NCBI GenBank assembly: GCA_041742075.1
Contig: JBGSJJ010000016.1
Location: 19,128 to 83,127, forward strand
Direction: 5' to 3'
DNA length: 64,000 nt
From: Minisyncoccia bacterium
GTDB lineage: Bacteria > Patescibacteriota > Minisyncoccia > Phycocordibacterales > UBA918
Positions 29,091 to 38,786 of this stretch are shown here, piece after piece. Below the pieces are notes generated by a model. It was not told the DNA's origin. It worked only from the letters and a program-made list of their open reading frames with translations, and made no database searches. Position 1 is the stretch's first letter; each line of letters opens with the position of its first letter. Both the position numbers and the translations under genes were made by a program.

Positions 29091-30767
29091 TTACATCACC
29101 ATCGGCAAGGTCAAAATAAAGGTTGAGCCCTTCCCTTCACCTTCTGAGTGAGCTGTTATGCTTCCGTGCATTTTTTCGGCCATCTCTTTAGAGATGTAAA
29201 GTCCTAAACCGGTACCAGTGACATTTACAGTGTGAGCGTTTTTGGCTCGCACAAATTTCCCGAAGAGTGTAGCAATAGTTTCTTTGCTCATGCCGATTCC
29301 GGTGTCAGTAATCTCTACATGGACGAGCTTTTTCTTGGGTTCATCATGCACGAGAACCGTCACACTTCCCTTCGGCGTGTACTTGATGGAGTTGGTGAGG
29401 AGGTTCTGCACAATCTGCTGTACCTTACCTTTGTCGGCATTTACCATTCCGCGCTTAGTCAGGTTGGTTTTGCTATACAGGAGGACGCCTTTTTGGGTGG
29501 CGGTGCGCCGTAAGTCATCGACAATTGTTTCAACTTCTGTGGCGACGTTGAAGTCGACACAGTTGTACTTCATGTTGCCTGACTCAATGCGAGACACACT
29601 CAAGTAGTCCTCAACAGACGAAGCCATAAACTGGCTTGAAGAAGCGATGTGTCCGATGACTTCTTTCAACTTGGGTTGGACCGGACCAAATGAACCCTCG
29701 AGAATCATGGAGGTATACCCCTTAATCACCGTCAGTGGACTCCGGAGTTGGTGAGAAGCAATTGAAACAAACTCGCTTTTAAGTGAATCAAGTTCTCGCA
29801 ATCGCTTATTGTTGTGCTCAAGCTTTTTGAGAAGTTCCTCGATCCGTTTACGACTGGCAATTTCGCTGTCGATACTACGGATTAGAATCAGTCCGCTGAG
29901 TAGGGTCAGGGTCAGGGTGAAGCTGGTAAGAATGACTCCGGTTGTTGAGGTGGCGTAGGTATACTGGGAAGCCACAAACAGCATGAGGAGAGCGACGAGG
30001 GCTTTTGGAGCCACGATAGAAATATTGAAGGCTTTAAATTCAACCATCAGGACGACGATAAAAAGCATGAAAATAAACATGCCAAACATGCCATACATTT
30101 CAAACCGTGAGTCGGCAAAGAAACCAATCAGGGTAAGGTAGGATGCTAAAAAGGTAATCGAGAAAAAGGTACCCAAGAAAAACTCAATCCCCAGACCCAT
30201 GAGTATGATTTGCTTGCGAAAAACGGCGGAGGCTCGTCTGTAGCGCATAAGGAGCATGACACCAATCCACAGCATGGCGAGACCACCAAGCATATTGTGG
30301 TAAAGATTTAGTATAAAGCCTTCAAACTCAAACGCGTCACAATTGGTAATATTGAAGCCACTGACATTTAGATCGGTCGGAGTGAGAATTAACAGTGGTA
30401 ACAGAAGTAACATGAACGCCACTTTCATAGTCGTTGGAGCATCCTTTTGGTAAAGGAACACATACATAAAGTAAATGCACAGGATAGACAGAACTGCCGA
30501 CAGTATTCCAAACAAGGTCCATACAAATAAAATTAATCCGCTGTTTACGTTTGTCCACGCAATCAGGTTTGAAAATGTCCACAGTGAGAATGTAATAGCA
30601 ATCAGGAAGAGCAATCGATTGGTTACTTTTTTAGGGTTATGTTGGTACACAAAAAACCCAACCGCGAGTGCTAAGATACTGACCGGTATGTGTGAATAGT
30701 AAAGTAGTTCCGGAACACTGTCGGTAAAAATAAAATATGATGGCTCTGGGTAGTAATGGCAAATCAT
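29091..30767 (-). CDS. Sensor histidine kinase with N-terminal multi-TM domain (paralog of 27252-28928)
   Basis: Same length (558 aa); LYYSH, SIASHQLRSPL, NSIKYTP, GTGLGLY. Confidence 0.92.
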   Translation of the reverse strand: MICHYYPEPSYFIFTDSVPELLYYSHIPVSILALAVGFFVYQHNPKKVTNRLLFLIAITFSLWTFSNLIAWTNVNSGLILFVWTLFGILSAVLSILCIYFMYVFLYQKDAPTTMKVAFMLLLLPLLILTPTDLNVSGFNITNCDAFEFEGFILNLYHNMLGGLAMLWIGVMLLMRYRRASAVFRKQIILMGLGIEFFLGTFFSITFLASYLTLIGFFADSRFEMYGMFGMFIFMLFIVVLMVEFKAFNISIVAPKALVALLMLFVASQYTYATSTTGVILTSFTLTLTLLSGLILIRSIDSEIASRKRIEELLKKLEHNNKRLRELDSLKSEFVSIASHQLRSPLTVIKGYTSMILEGSFGPVQPKLKEVIGHIASSSQFMASSVEDYLSVSRIESGNMKYNCVDFNVATEVETIVDDLRRTATQKGVLLYSKTNLTKRGMVNADKGKVQQIVQNLLTNSIKYTPKGSVTVLVHDEPKKKLVHVEITDTGIGMSKETIATLFGKFVRAKNAHTVNVTGTGLGLYISKEMAEKMHGSITAHSEGEGKGSTFILTLPMVM

Positions 30768-31168
30768 AGATTTTCTGATAACGCCTCGTACTCCCCTTCT
30801 GGTGCTTCGTATGGAATGTCGCGTTCTGTCAAAACCTCACAGCCGATGTCAGTGTCTGGGTCACAAAACGTTACTGAGCACCTGTTTTCACCGACGCCAC
30901 AAAAATTTGCTTCATCGCAACCTTCGATAGTGTCGCCACAGAGTTCTGACACGGCGGTGGCGCGACGCTCTACGTAAGAATAATAATACTCTTCAGCACA
31001 GGTTTCGTCTTCGCACCCAACAAAGCAGGTCTGGGTGTAGGGGTCGCATTCACCCTCATACGCAACAGCATAATCTTCAATTATCACAAAGCGGTAGTAC
31101 GACGTGGCAATAGTAAGCAACAGTAGTGGTACTACCGTGTAGGAGAGAAAATAGTTTTGAAAGTGCAT
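30764..31168 (-). CDS. Membrane-anchored acidic Cys-rich protein (10 Cys)
   Basis: N-terminal TM helix; stop overlaps the kinase start (ATGA). Confidence 0.8.
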   Translation of the reverse strand: MHFQNYFLSYTVVPLLLLTIATSYYRFVIIEDYAVAYEGECDPYTQTCFVGCEDETCAEEYYYSYVERRATAVSELCGDTIEGCDEANFCGVGENRCSVTFCDPDTDIGCEVLTERDIPYEAPEGEYEALSENL

Positions 31169-31251
31169 AGTTGAACGAAATTGCTACAACAGGCTTCTTA
31201 CCTTGAGTATAGCAAATGACCGTCTACACTTTGTATACACAAGTGTATAAT

Positions 31252-32169
31252 CTACGACATCAATAAGAGGTAGGTACCAATTCCAGTGATAATAATGGCA
31301 ATAACCTTTTGCCAGAGATTGTAGGCCTCGATTTTTTCAACTGAAATTTTTGGTAAGAACAACGTAAGAAAAATTCCTATGGCTAGTACGAAAATCGGCT
31401 GAAACGATTGAGTTAAAAGAATGAGCGCTATTGGCGCGAGGAGATACGCAAAGGCGGCGGCTTGGTTACCAAACATGTATATCCCTTCGTTCCCGACATT
31501 TAACAGGAGTATCTTTCTAGAGTTATGCTTGAGGGCTGAGACAAAATGTTCACGATAGCTTTTGATGGAAATAAAGATAAGTATACCAACTACTGCCATC
31601 ACTAAGTGCTCCCAAAATAGCGAGCGCCAGACGTTCTCCTCAAGCGCCACAAACTTGAAGATGACCGACTCAAACGCCCAGAAAAAAGAAGCGGTGGTCA
31701 TGAGAACAATGGTTTTTTTACGCAATTTAAAGTGGTTCTCATTATCGACTTCAAAAGAAATAATAGTGGTACCAAGAATAATAATGGCCATGGCAATGAG
31801 TTGCATCTTCGTGAGTACCTCATCAAGGAGAAAATAGCCCAAAACCAGTGCAAACAACGGAACGAGTTGGTAGAACACAATAACGATTGAAGCCTCGTCG
31901 TCTTGGAGCGCTACAAGGTAGCACCACAGAACAACTATATTTAAAACGCCAACGAGAAGCAGGATGAGCATGTTTTTCCAGTCGACCGCTAATACCGAAA
32001 TGTCTATCCAGAGTAAAACTGGTAGGGCCATAATTGATAACAGTGAAGAAAAAAGAATCAACGTCCCTACCCCACCTTCTTTGAAGTGTTTCTCAAGCAG
32101 GATTTTGTCTATATGGTTTGTTACCGCATAGAGAAATGGAGCAATTAGGGCGATAAGGAACCAACTCAT
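31252..32169 (-). CDS. EamA/DMT family transporter
   Basis: About 10 TM helices, two-repeat architecture, ALVLGYFLLDEVL. Confidence 0.88.
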   Translation of the reverse strand: MSWFLIALIAPFLYAVTNHIDKILLEKHFKEGGVGTLILFSSLLSIMALPVLLWIDISVLAVDWKNMLILLLVGVLNIVVLWCYLVALQDDEASIVIVFYQLVPLFALVLGYFLLDEVLTKMQLIAMAIIILGTTIISFEVDNENHFKLRKKTIVLMTTASFFWAFESVIFKFVALEENVWRSLFWEHLVMAVVGILIFISIKSYREHFVSALKHNSRKILLLNVGNEGIYMFGNQAAAFAYLLAPIALILLTQSFQPIFVLAIGIFLTLFLPKISVEKIEAYNLWQKVIAIIITGIGTYLLLMS

Positions 32170-33074
32170 ATAGATTTAAGTGAATACATTTTAAGAAAAC
32201 CTGATGGACGATACGCTAGTTTTGATTTTCGGAGATTGGCGATACCTAGGTCTTCTGCCCAGTTCCAGTACGCTACTCCGATGCTTCCAAGATGTTTGGC
32301 AGTAGCAGTGTTGAGGTAGTCATACACCCCCTTATAATCATAGTCCACAATAAAGAAGTGTGAAAGGGCGTGGTGGCTGTGAATCACTTCGTCCACACTG
32401 TAGCCGATGAGCTTTTCATCTTGGTAAAGACAAGAAAGTATAAATGGTTGCGTATCAGCGAGGGCAAGCAGTCTCTTAAAGGCACTTTCTTCATAGGCAA
32501 AGTAATATGACTTTTCACTCAGAGTCTTATTGGAGCGGTTATTGTGCATGAGCGAAATAAGCTGAGTTTGCATTTTTGGATCACGAATATCTTCCAAAAC
32601 AAAAGTAGCCAATGGAAATTGACGTTTAAATTGATTAACCAAGTGACGCCGACTTTTGTAGGTATTGCCCCGTAACTGCGCGATATCAGAAATTGAATAG
32701 ATATAGTCAAAATCATCAGGGTCTTCAGTGATATGTAGTTTGTCACTTGTGAGGTTAACAACCGACTCTTCAGGGAGAAAGTTGAAGAGAGATTTGTAGG
32801 TTTTTTCTTCCGCGTACGAAAGAAGTTCTAGGGCGGTATTTTCGACATTATTGGTACCTAAAAACGAGAGGAAATACTCCTTGGTCGCGTATTCATAAAA
32901 AAGCACAACTAGGTTACCGTGGAGTGATGATATCTGACAGCGATCTTCGATGTCCCAAATCCATAGATTCGAGAAAACAAAATCAGAATATGGCTTATAT
33001 GACTTCGTGAATGAGTCGATATGAGGCTTATCGTCAGCAGAAAGGTGCCTAAAGTTAGGAAACGTGGGAATCAT
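32166..33074 (-). CDS. Stand-alone DUF2156 / phosphatidylglycerol lysyltransferase C-terminal-like aminoacyl-tRNA transferase
   Basis: SDFVFSNLW, DYIY..DIAQLRG, YWNWAEDLGIANLRKSKLAYRP signature; no TM domain. Confidence 0.8.
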   Translation of the reverse strand: MIPTFPNFRHLSADDKPHIDSFTKSYKPYSDFVFSNLWIWDIEDRCQISSLHGNLVVLFYEYATKEYFLSFLGTNNVENTALELLSYAEEKTYKSLFNFLPEESVVNLTSDKLHITEDPDDFDYIYSISDIAQLRGNTYKSRRHLVNQFKRQFPLATFVLEDIRDPKMQTQLISLMHNNRSNKTLSEKSYYFAYEESAFKRLLALADTQPFILSCLYQDEKLIGYSVDEVIHSHHALSHFFIVDYDYKGVYDYLNTATAKHLGSIGVAYWNWAEDLGIANLRKSKLAYRPSGFLKMYSLKSI

Positions 33075-33164
33075 GGTGATGGCTCTATTTTACTACAATA
33101 ACACAAAATGCAACTATAGTCAATACTTAGGGAGGCAGGTTATGTCAGACATGAAATTCCGTAC

Positions 33165-33650
33165 TCATACAATGAAGAGTACGAAGAGTGGTGCAAGGAG
33201 CCACCAAAAGAATGATTTTTCAGAACCAAATAAGTATGAGACTGGTGAACCAGGAGTGATAAGGTCAGTCACGGGGATAGCGTGGTAGCTAAAGGAGGTA
33301 ACAAGTACTGTAGCAGCCAGCGCCAGCACTATTTTCTTCCAAAAACCCTCAAAGGTTTTTTCGCTGTATTCTCTCGGCAGTATGTGTACAAACAAAAGTG
33401 TCGATATAACCGCAAATAGCAAAAAGATACCAACAATAAGGAGTGATTCAGCTTTCACCCCATCAGTTTTAGCGAGGAGTGATTCGTAGTATGGAAACTG
33501 GAGTGAAATTAAAAATGCTAAGTAGAGGCCAAGGATGACGTTCGTGATAGTTTGTCTACCGAAGCTCATGGCCACTCCTAAGAATACAACGAACGACACA
33601 ATCAGAAAGAGTGATTCTTTAAGAAAAGCTATGAGTACAGCTGTGTCCAT
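33165..33650 (-). CDS. Hypothetical membrane protein
   Basis: About 5 hydrophobic helices. Confidence 0.75.
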   Translation of the reverse strand: MDTAVLIAFLKESLFLIVSFVVFLGVAMSFGRQTITNVILGLYLAFLISLQFPYYESLLAKTDGVKAESLLIVGIFLLFAVISTLLFVHILPREYSEKTFEGFWKKIVLALAATVLVTSFSYHAIPVTDLITPGSPVSYLFGSEKSFFWWLLAPLFVLFIV

Positions 33651-33816
33651 AGTGTCTCTTAAGTATACCCTGCTTTCTTGAGTGAATATATCTTTGAATT
33701 GAACTGTGTGTACAGCTACTTACACAAAGTAACGTACACATCTACCTATCATTAATGATAAGTAGACGTGTACGCACGATAGTCACTGACGTTGTCTGTT
33801 TGTATTCTGGTTGTCT

Positions 33817-34233
33817 TTACTCTATGTGTTCGATTGCATATTTCGTAGCGTCTTGTACGTGTTTGAAACGATCACCCATGAGTTTGACGTTGCCGAACCA
33901 GCGGGTTACGCAAATAACGCAGTTCGTAACGTTTTCTTTCTGCATAACTCGGAGTATAACCGCACCAGCTCCGGTTTCACCGTCGTCACTTTTACTTTCA
34001 TAGATGACACTGTCTTTGGTGATACGAGCTGCCCAGGTGTTGTGTGTAGCTTTGGCATACTTTTTGTCACGCTTGAGCTCTTTCAGAAATGCCAGGATGT
34101 CTTCCCTGCCGAGTGCCCGCCCAAAGGAAACTGAATACTTACTCCCCCTATCTTCAATGATACGCTCAAAAAGAACGAATGTTTCGTGTGGTTCTTTACT
34201 ATCGCCAAAGTCTAGAGGTTGAGTTTTGAGCAT
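33817..34233 (-). CDS. YigZ/IMPACT family protein
   Basis: ATHNTWAAR, SDDGETGAG, VTRWFGNVKL. Confidence 0.9.
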   Translation of the reverse strand: MLKTQPLDFGDSKEPHETFVLFERIIEDRGSKYSVSFGRALGREDILAFLKELKRDKKYAKATHNTWAARITKDSVIYESKSDDGETGAGAVILRVMQKENVTNCVICVTRWFGNVKLMGDRFKHVQDATKYAIEHIE

Positions 34234-34298
34234 AGGTAACTTTATTATAATCTACGTGGTAGAATGTAGTCAGAAAATCATGTCAGAGAGGTGTCGCT

Positions 34299-34676
34299 AT
34301 GAAAGTAGAGCACATGTCTACCAGGCTACTTCTGATAATCTGCATAGTGGTTTTACCCCTTTCAAGTTATGGCAAAAGCTTAGTAGCAAGAGATCTCTTC
34401 GGCGTCTGGGTGTCAGATGATAAGTCAGTTACCATCAATATTTTTGAACCGAGAGGTGCCGCCGAACAAATAAATGCAGGCGAACTTTGGGAGATATCTC
34501 TCTCCATTTCAGGAGAAGAAATTAAACGTATGGCTCGATTCTCAGTCCATCTTGGGTACGTTTGCATCAATTATCTGGATAATCAGTTCATCTCACAGTC
34601 CTGGTGCACCTTTGATGGCATTCTATTGCAGTCTGATCTCTATATAGACGGAGTGTATAAGCAAGAAGACTTGTAG
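34299..34676 (+). CDS. Hypothetical secreted protein (LxGxW, lipocalin-like start)
   Basis: GAGGTG SD, signal peptide, hairpin at 34693-34714. Confidence 0.65.
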   Translation: MKVEHMSTRLLLIICIVVLPLSSYGKSLVARDLFGVWVSDDKSVTINIFEPRGAAEQINAGELWEISLSISGEEIKRMARFSVHLGYVCINYLDNQFISQSWCTFDGILLQSDLYIDGVYKQEDL

Positions 34677-34719
34677 CTCGCTCATTTTGTAACTCCCCGG
34701 TTTTTACCGGGGAGATTTA

Positions 34720-34747
34720 CTTGGTCAAGGCCGGACCTTGACCAGTT
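34720..34747. repeat. REP-like palindrome CTTGGTCAAGGCCGGACCTTGACCAGTT
   Basis: 9-bp stem TGGTCAAGG/CCTTGACCA; identical to 35160-35187. Confidence 0.9.
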
Positions 34748-34876
34748 CAGAAAGTAGCATTATTTCCGTTGTAATAAACCTATTATCCTCCGTCTGCTTT
34801 CCAGCCTAGAGGATTTTATTGACAAATATAGTAATTTATGTTAAAAAGTAAGTCTGTTCAACAGAGGAGAAAGAAC

Positions 34877-35092
34877 ATGCTTTTTATAATTGGTTTCTTG
34901 GTAGTGTGTGGAGTTGTCGTGTTTGGTGCAGGCAACGCTGTCAGTTTGTCTGACAGTATCTCACTACACGGACTCATGGCAATGGCTATCCTTTTTGGAA
35001 TTCTCGACGCCGCCCGCGGCGTCGCCAGGGAAATCAGGCAGTCGCGAGACGCCATCGTGAAGGCAATCGAAGATCAGCGAGGCGGCGAATAG
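34877..35092 (+). CDS. Small 2-TM membrane protein (cassette A)
   Basis: TTGACA promoter near 34819, GAGGAG SD, hairpin at 35101-35134. Confidence 0.75.
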   Translation: MLFIIGFLVVCGVVVFGAGNAVSLSDSISLHGLMAMAILFGILDAARGVAREIRQSRDAIVKAIEDQRGGE

Positions 35093-35159
35093 AGCCACAA
35101 TGGCCCGAAGCGGATTAATTTCTGCTTCGGGCCAAAATTTTGTCGCTAAAGGTTAAGTG

Positions 35160-35187
35160 CTTGGTCAAGGCCGGACCTTGACCAGTT
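35160..35187. repeat. REP-like palindrome, identical copy
   Basis: 28/28 identity to 34720-34747. Confidence 0.9.
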
Positions 35188-35244
35188 TTAAATGCCCTCC
35201 TTTTTCAAATCCTCAATCAGTTGCCGGGCTTTGCGAGACAGTTT
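35188..35244 (-). pseudogene. Orphan copy of the last 19 codons of dnaJ ([18 protein letters not shown])
   Basis: 47/57 nt identical to 35699-35755; all 10 differences are at third positions and synonymous. Confidence 0.93.
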
Positions 35245-35307
35245 CCATAGTTGACAAAATCAGATTTATGTGTAAAATTCAACCAGAAAGTAGAGGAGAC
35301 GCCTGAA

Positions 35308-35514
35308 ATGCATCACTATGCAATAAGTATAGGTTTTATCTTGTCAATGATATATGGAGTATTTGGATTTGAAGTACCTTACGAACTAGCTTTTCTAGGG
35401 GTGTTTATGATTCTTAGCACTCTAGCGATTGTAGTAGCGATTATGGGCGCATCGTATTTGATAGTGAGAGCGCTAGAAGATGCAAAAAAAGCTAACGAAG
35501 CGGAGAGTCCTTGA
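35308..35514 (+). CDS. Small 2-TM membrane protein (cassette B)
   Basis: TTGACA promoter at 35252, GAGGAG SD, palindrome at 35575-35608 downstream. Confidence 0.75.
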   Translation: MHHYAISIGFILSMIYGVFGFEVPYELAFLGVFMILSTLAIVVAIMGASYLIVRALEDAKKANEAESP

Positions 35515-35698
35515 CGAGTATTTAGGAAACCCTTGAACCTTGATTACGGCGATTGTTGAAATGACTGTAGACGATGAACCCCTTCGAACATGTATTCGAA
35601 GGGGTTCAATTATTTTTAAGGGTAAGGTTACGGAGTACAAAGGCTCCTCACATCGCTCCGTCTGATTTAGCTAAAAATGTAGACACATTTTTTAAACG

Positions 35699-36781
35699 CT
35701 AAATGCCTTCTTTTTTCAAGTCTTCGATAAGCTGACGGGCTTTGCGAGAAAGTTTTTGTGGGATGTCGATAATTACTTTCACCATGAAGTCGCCTCGTTG
35801 ACCGCCAGTGCCTTGCGGGACCCCTTTGTTTTTAATGCGGAGTAATTCGCCATGCTTGATACCAGCCGGGATTTTTATGTCGACGGTGCCGTCTAGGGTC
35901 GTTATGGTGTAGTCGTTACCTAAAAGTGCATCAGACAACTTGATGTGGAGGGTCGTCATGAGGGTCGAGCCTTCACGGGTGATAGTGCTGTGGTTCTTGA
36001 CGTGGATTTTTATATAGAGATCGCCGGGTGCTCCGTGCGCCACCGCTTCACCTCGGCCAGTCATCCGAATCATTTCGCCGTTTTGGATACCGCCTGGCAC
36101 TGCCACTGCAATCTCCTCTTCACTCTTTCGTACCCCTACGCCGGCACAGTAGCCGCAGCGTTCTTTTGGTACCTTACCAGAGCCATTGCAGACCGTACAC
36201 TCACGCACGGTTTGGAAGGTGCCCATAATACTCTGACGAGTCTCACGAACCTTCCCGTTGCCGTTGCAGGTCGTACACGAAGTCATCTCAGTTCCCTTCT
36301 TAGCACCAGTGCCGGTACATTCAACACACGTGTTCATTTTACTTAAGAGCACTTTGCGGTTGGTCCCAAAGACAGATTCTTCAAAGGAAAGTTCGATGTC
36401 GATAGAGATATCTCTTCCCCTCGCCTGACGCCTTTGTCCGCCTCCAAACATGTCGCCAAAAATGTCGCCCAGGTCAAACTCAAACCCGCCTTGTTGCCCA
36501 GCAGCCTGCTGGAAGTCTGCCCAGTTAAAACCACCGAAGCCTTGTCCGCCTCCGCCACCACCTGCACCAGAATAGGCATGACCATAGGTGTCGTACTCAG
36601 CCTTTTTCTTTTCGTCTCCAAGTACTGAGTAGGCCTCACTGATTTCTTTAAACTTAGCTTCGTCACCCGTCTTTTTGTCTGGGTGATACTCTGCCGCTAG
36701 TTTACGAAACGCCTTCTTTACTTCGTCACGCGAAGCACCTTTCTGGAGTCCTAGTATTTCGTAGTAGTCTCGGTTTGGCAT
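35699..36781 (-). CDS. dnaJ: Chaperone DnaJ
   Basis: HPD J-domain, G/F region, four CxxCxGxG. Confidence 0.98.
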   Translation of the reverse strand: MPNRDYYEILGLQKGASRDEVKKAFRKLAAEYHPDKKTGDEAKFKEISEAYSVLGDEKKKAEYDTYGHAYSGAGGGGGGQGFGGFNWADFQQAAGQQGGFEFDLGDIFGDMFGGGQRRQARGRDISIDIELSFEESVFGTNRKVLLSKMNTCVECTGTGAKKGTEMTSCTTCNGNGKVRETRQSIMGTFQTVRECTVCNGSGKVPKERCGYCAGVGVRKSEEEIAVAVPGGIQNGEMIRMTGRGEAVAHGAPGDLYIKIHVKNHSTITREGSTLMTTLHIKLSDALLGNDYTITTLDGTVDIKIPAGIKHGELLRIKNKGVPQGTGGQRGDFMVKVIIDIPQKLSRKARQLIEDLKKEGI

Positions 36782-36852
36782 AGGTAGTGGTTAGGTTGCT
36801 AATAGTCTTTAGTCCGTGCACAAAGTATACATATATGCACGGAAAAAGCACA

Positions 36853-38748
36853 CTAGGCCTTTGGTTCGTCGGTTTCGTTTACTTCAGCGTCGCGGACCGT
36901 GTCGCCAGTTGCTTCACCAGCTGATGCTGACTCACTAGGTGTATCAGCTGATTTTTGCATTGCTTCACCAATTTTCTGGAGTTCGGTAGAAAGCTCTTGG
37001 GTCTTCGATTCAAGCACTGACTTGTCATCTGTTTCCTTCACACCCTTCAGGGCAGTGATTTTTTCTTCAACCGCAGACTTAATGTCGGCTGGCACTTTGT
37101 CCCCATGATCACGAAGCGCTTTTTCAGCGGTGTAGATCATTTGGTCAGCCACGTTGCGCGCCTCGATAAGCTCTTTCTTTTTCTTGTCTTCTTCGGCATG
37201 CACATCGGCGTCATTTTTCATACGTTCAATATCTTCTGGAGTGAGGCCTGAGTTCGCTTCGATACGGATAGTTTGTTCTTTGCCTGTTGACTTATCTTTC
37301 GCGGTCACACTCAGGACGCCATTACTGTCGACGTCAAAGGTCACCGCTACCTGTGGTACACCCCGGGGGGCTGGTGGAATGCCGTCGAGTACGAACCGTC
37401 CGAGTGATTTGTTATCACTCGCCTGCGCACGCTCTCCCTGCACAATGTGAATCTCAGTTGAAGTTTGGTTGTCGGCCGCAGTTGAGAACACCTGCTCTTT
37501 TTTAGTTGGGATGTGTGTGTTCTTTTCGATTAGTTTCGTAGCGACACCACCCATGGTTTCGATACCGAGCGAAAGTGGAATCACGTCTACCAAGGTGATG
37601 TCTTGCACGTCACCTTGAAAGATACCCGCTTGGATAGCAGCACCAAGGGCTACTACTTCGTCTGGGTTGATAGACTTATTTGGTTCTTTACCAAAGAGCT
37701 CACGAACCGCGTCGACAATTCTTGGCATACGGGTTTGACCACCAACCAAAATGATTTCATCGATTTCTTCTTTCTTAAACGGTGAGGCTTCAAGGGCGCG
37801 TTTGGTAATTTCAATTGAACGGTCAATGTATTCTGCTGCCAGCTCTTCAAGCTTGGCTCGTGAGAGACTAAGGAGTAAGTGCTTTGGTCCATCGCTCCCT
37901 GAGGTAACAAACGGGATGTTGATTTCAGTGTCGCCCGCCGTTGAAAGCTCGAGCTTGGCTTTTTCAGCGGCTTCATCGAGTCGTTGGAGAGCGAGAGGGT
38001 CGTTTCCGAGGTCGATACCTTCTGACTTCTTGAACTCTGCAATCAGGTGACGAACAATCTTCTGGTCAATGTCGCGTCCTCCCATGTGGGCGTCGCCATC
38101 GGTTGATTGGACTTCTACTACCCCATCCCCTACTTCAAGTACGGTTACGTCAAACGTACCACCACCGAAGTCATACACGACAATCTTCTCCTCTTTTTTC
38201 TTGTTGAAACCATAGGCGAGCGCAGCGGCAGTTGGTTCGTTAATAATGCGCTTTACCTCAAGACCAGCGATTTTTCCCGCGTCTTGAGTGGCTTTACGCT
38301 GTGCGTCATTGAAGTAAGCCGGTACCGTAATAACCGCTTCAGTGATTTTCTCACCGAGCTTGGCTTCGACGTCAGCTTTAATCTTGGAAAGAATCATCGC
38401 TGACACTTCCTCGGGTCGATAATCCTTTTCAGCCATAGTGACGAGTACACCGTTGTCAGTTCCTTTCTTGATTTCGTACGGGACAATCTTCTTGTCACTC
38501 TGGACAGCATCTTCATCAAAGTTGTGGCCCATGAACCGCTTGATACCGTAGATAGTATTTTTTGGGTTGGTGACCGCTTGGCGCTTGGCGATTTGTCCAA
38601 CGAGTCGTTCTTTCGTTTTAGAAATAGCTACGACAGAAGGAGTAGTTCGATTCCCTTCAGCGTTTTCAATAATGGTCGGCTCACCTGCCTCAATAATGGC
38701 GACAGCTGAGTTGGTTGTTCCAAGGTCAATTCCGATTATTTTTGCCAT
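36853..38748 (-). CDS. dnaK: Chaperone DnaK
   Basis: [23 protein letters not shown]. Confidence 0.99.
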   Translation of the reverse strand: MAKIIGIDLGTTNSAVAIIEAGEPTIIENAEGNRTTPSVVAISKTKERLVGQIAKRQAVTNPKNTIYGIKRFMGHNFDEDAVQSDKKIVPYEIKKGTDNGVLVTMAEKDYRPEEVSAMILSKIKADVEAKLGEKITEAVITVPAYFNDAQRKATQDAGKIAGLEVKRIINEPTAAALAYGFNKKKEEKIVVYDFGGGTFDVTVLEVGDGVVEVQSTDGDAHMGGRDIDQKIVRHLIAEFKKSEGIDLGNDPLALQRLDEAAEKAKLELSTAGDTEINIPFVTSGSDGPKHLLLSLSRAKLEELAAEYIDRSIEITKRALEASPFKKEEIDEIILVGGQTRMPRIVDAVRELFGKEPNKSINPDEVVALGAAIQAGIFQGDVQDITLVDVIPLSLGIETMGGVATKLIEKNTHIPTKKEQVFSTAADNQTSTEIHIVQGERAQASDNKSLGRFVLDGIPPAPRGVPQVAVTFDVDSNGVLSVTAKDKSTGKEQTIRIEANSGLTPEDIERMKNDADVHAEEDKKKKELIEARNVADQMIYTAEKALRDHGDKVPADIKSAVEEKITALKGVKETDDKSVLESKTQELSTELQKIGEAMQKSADTPSESASAGEATGDTVRDAEVNETDEPKA

Positions 38749-38786
38749 ATATAGTATTTGAGATTAGTTTAGGTAAATAAGTTGTT

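Noticed and set aside
33732-33776. Long imperfect palindrome after the YigZ gene
   Set aside because: Single copy; adequately explained as a terminator or stabilising hairpin.
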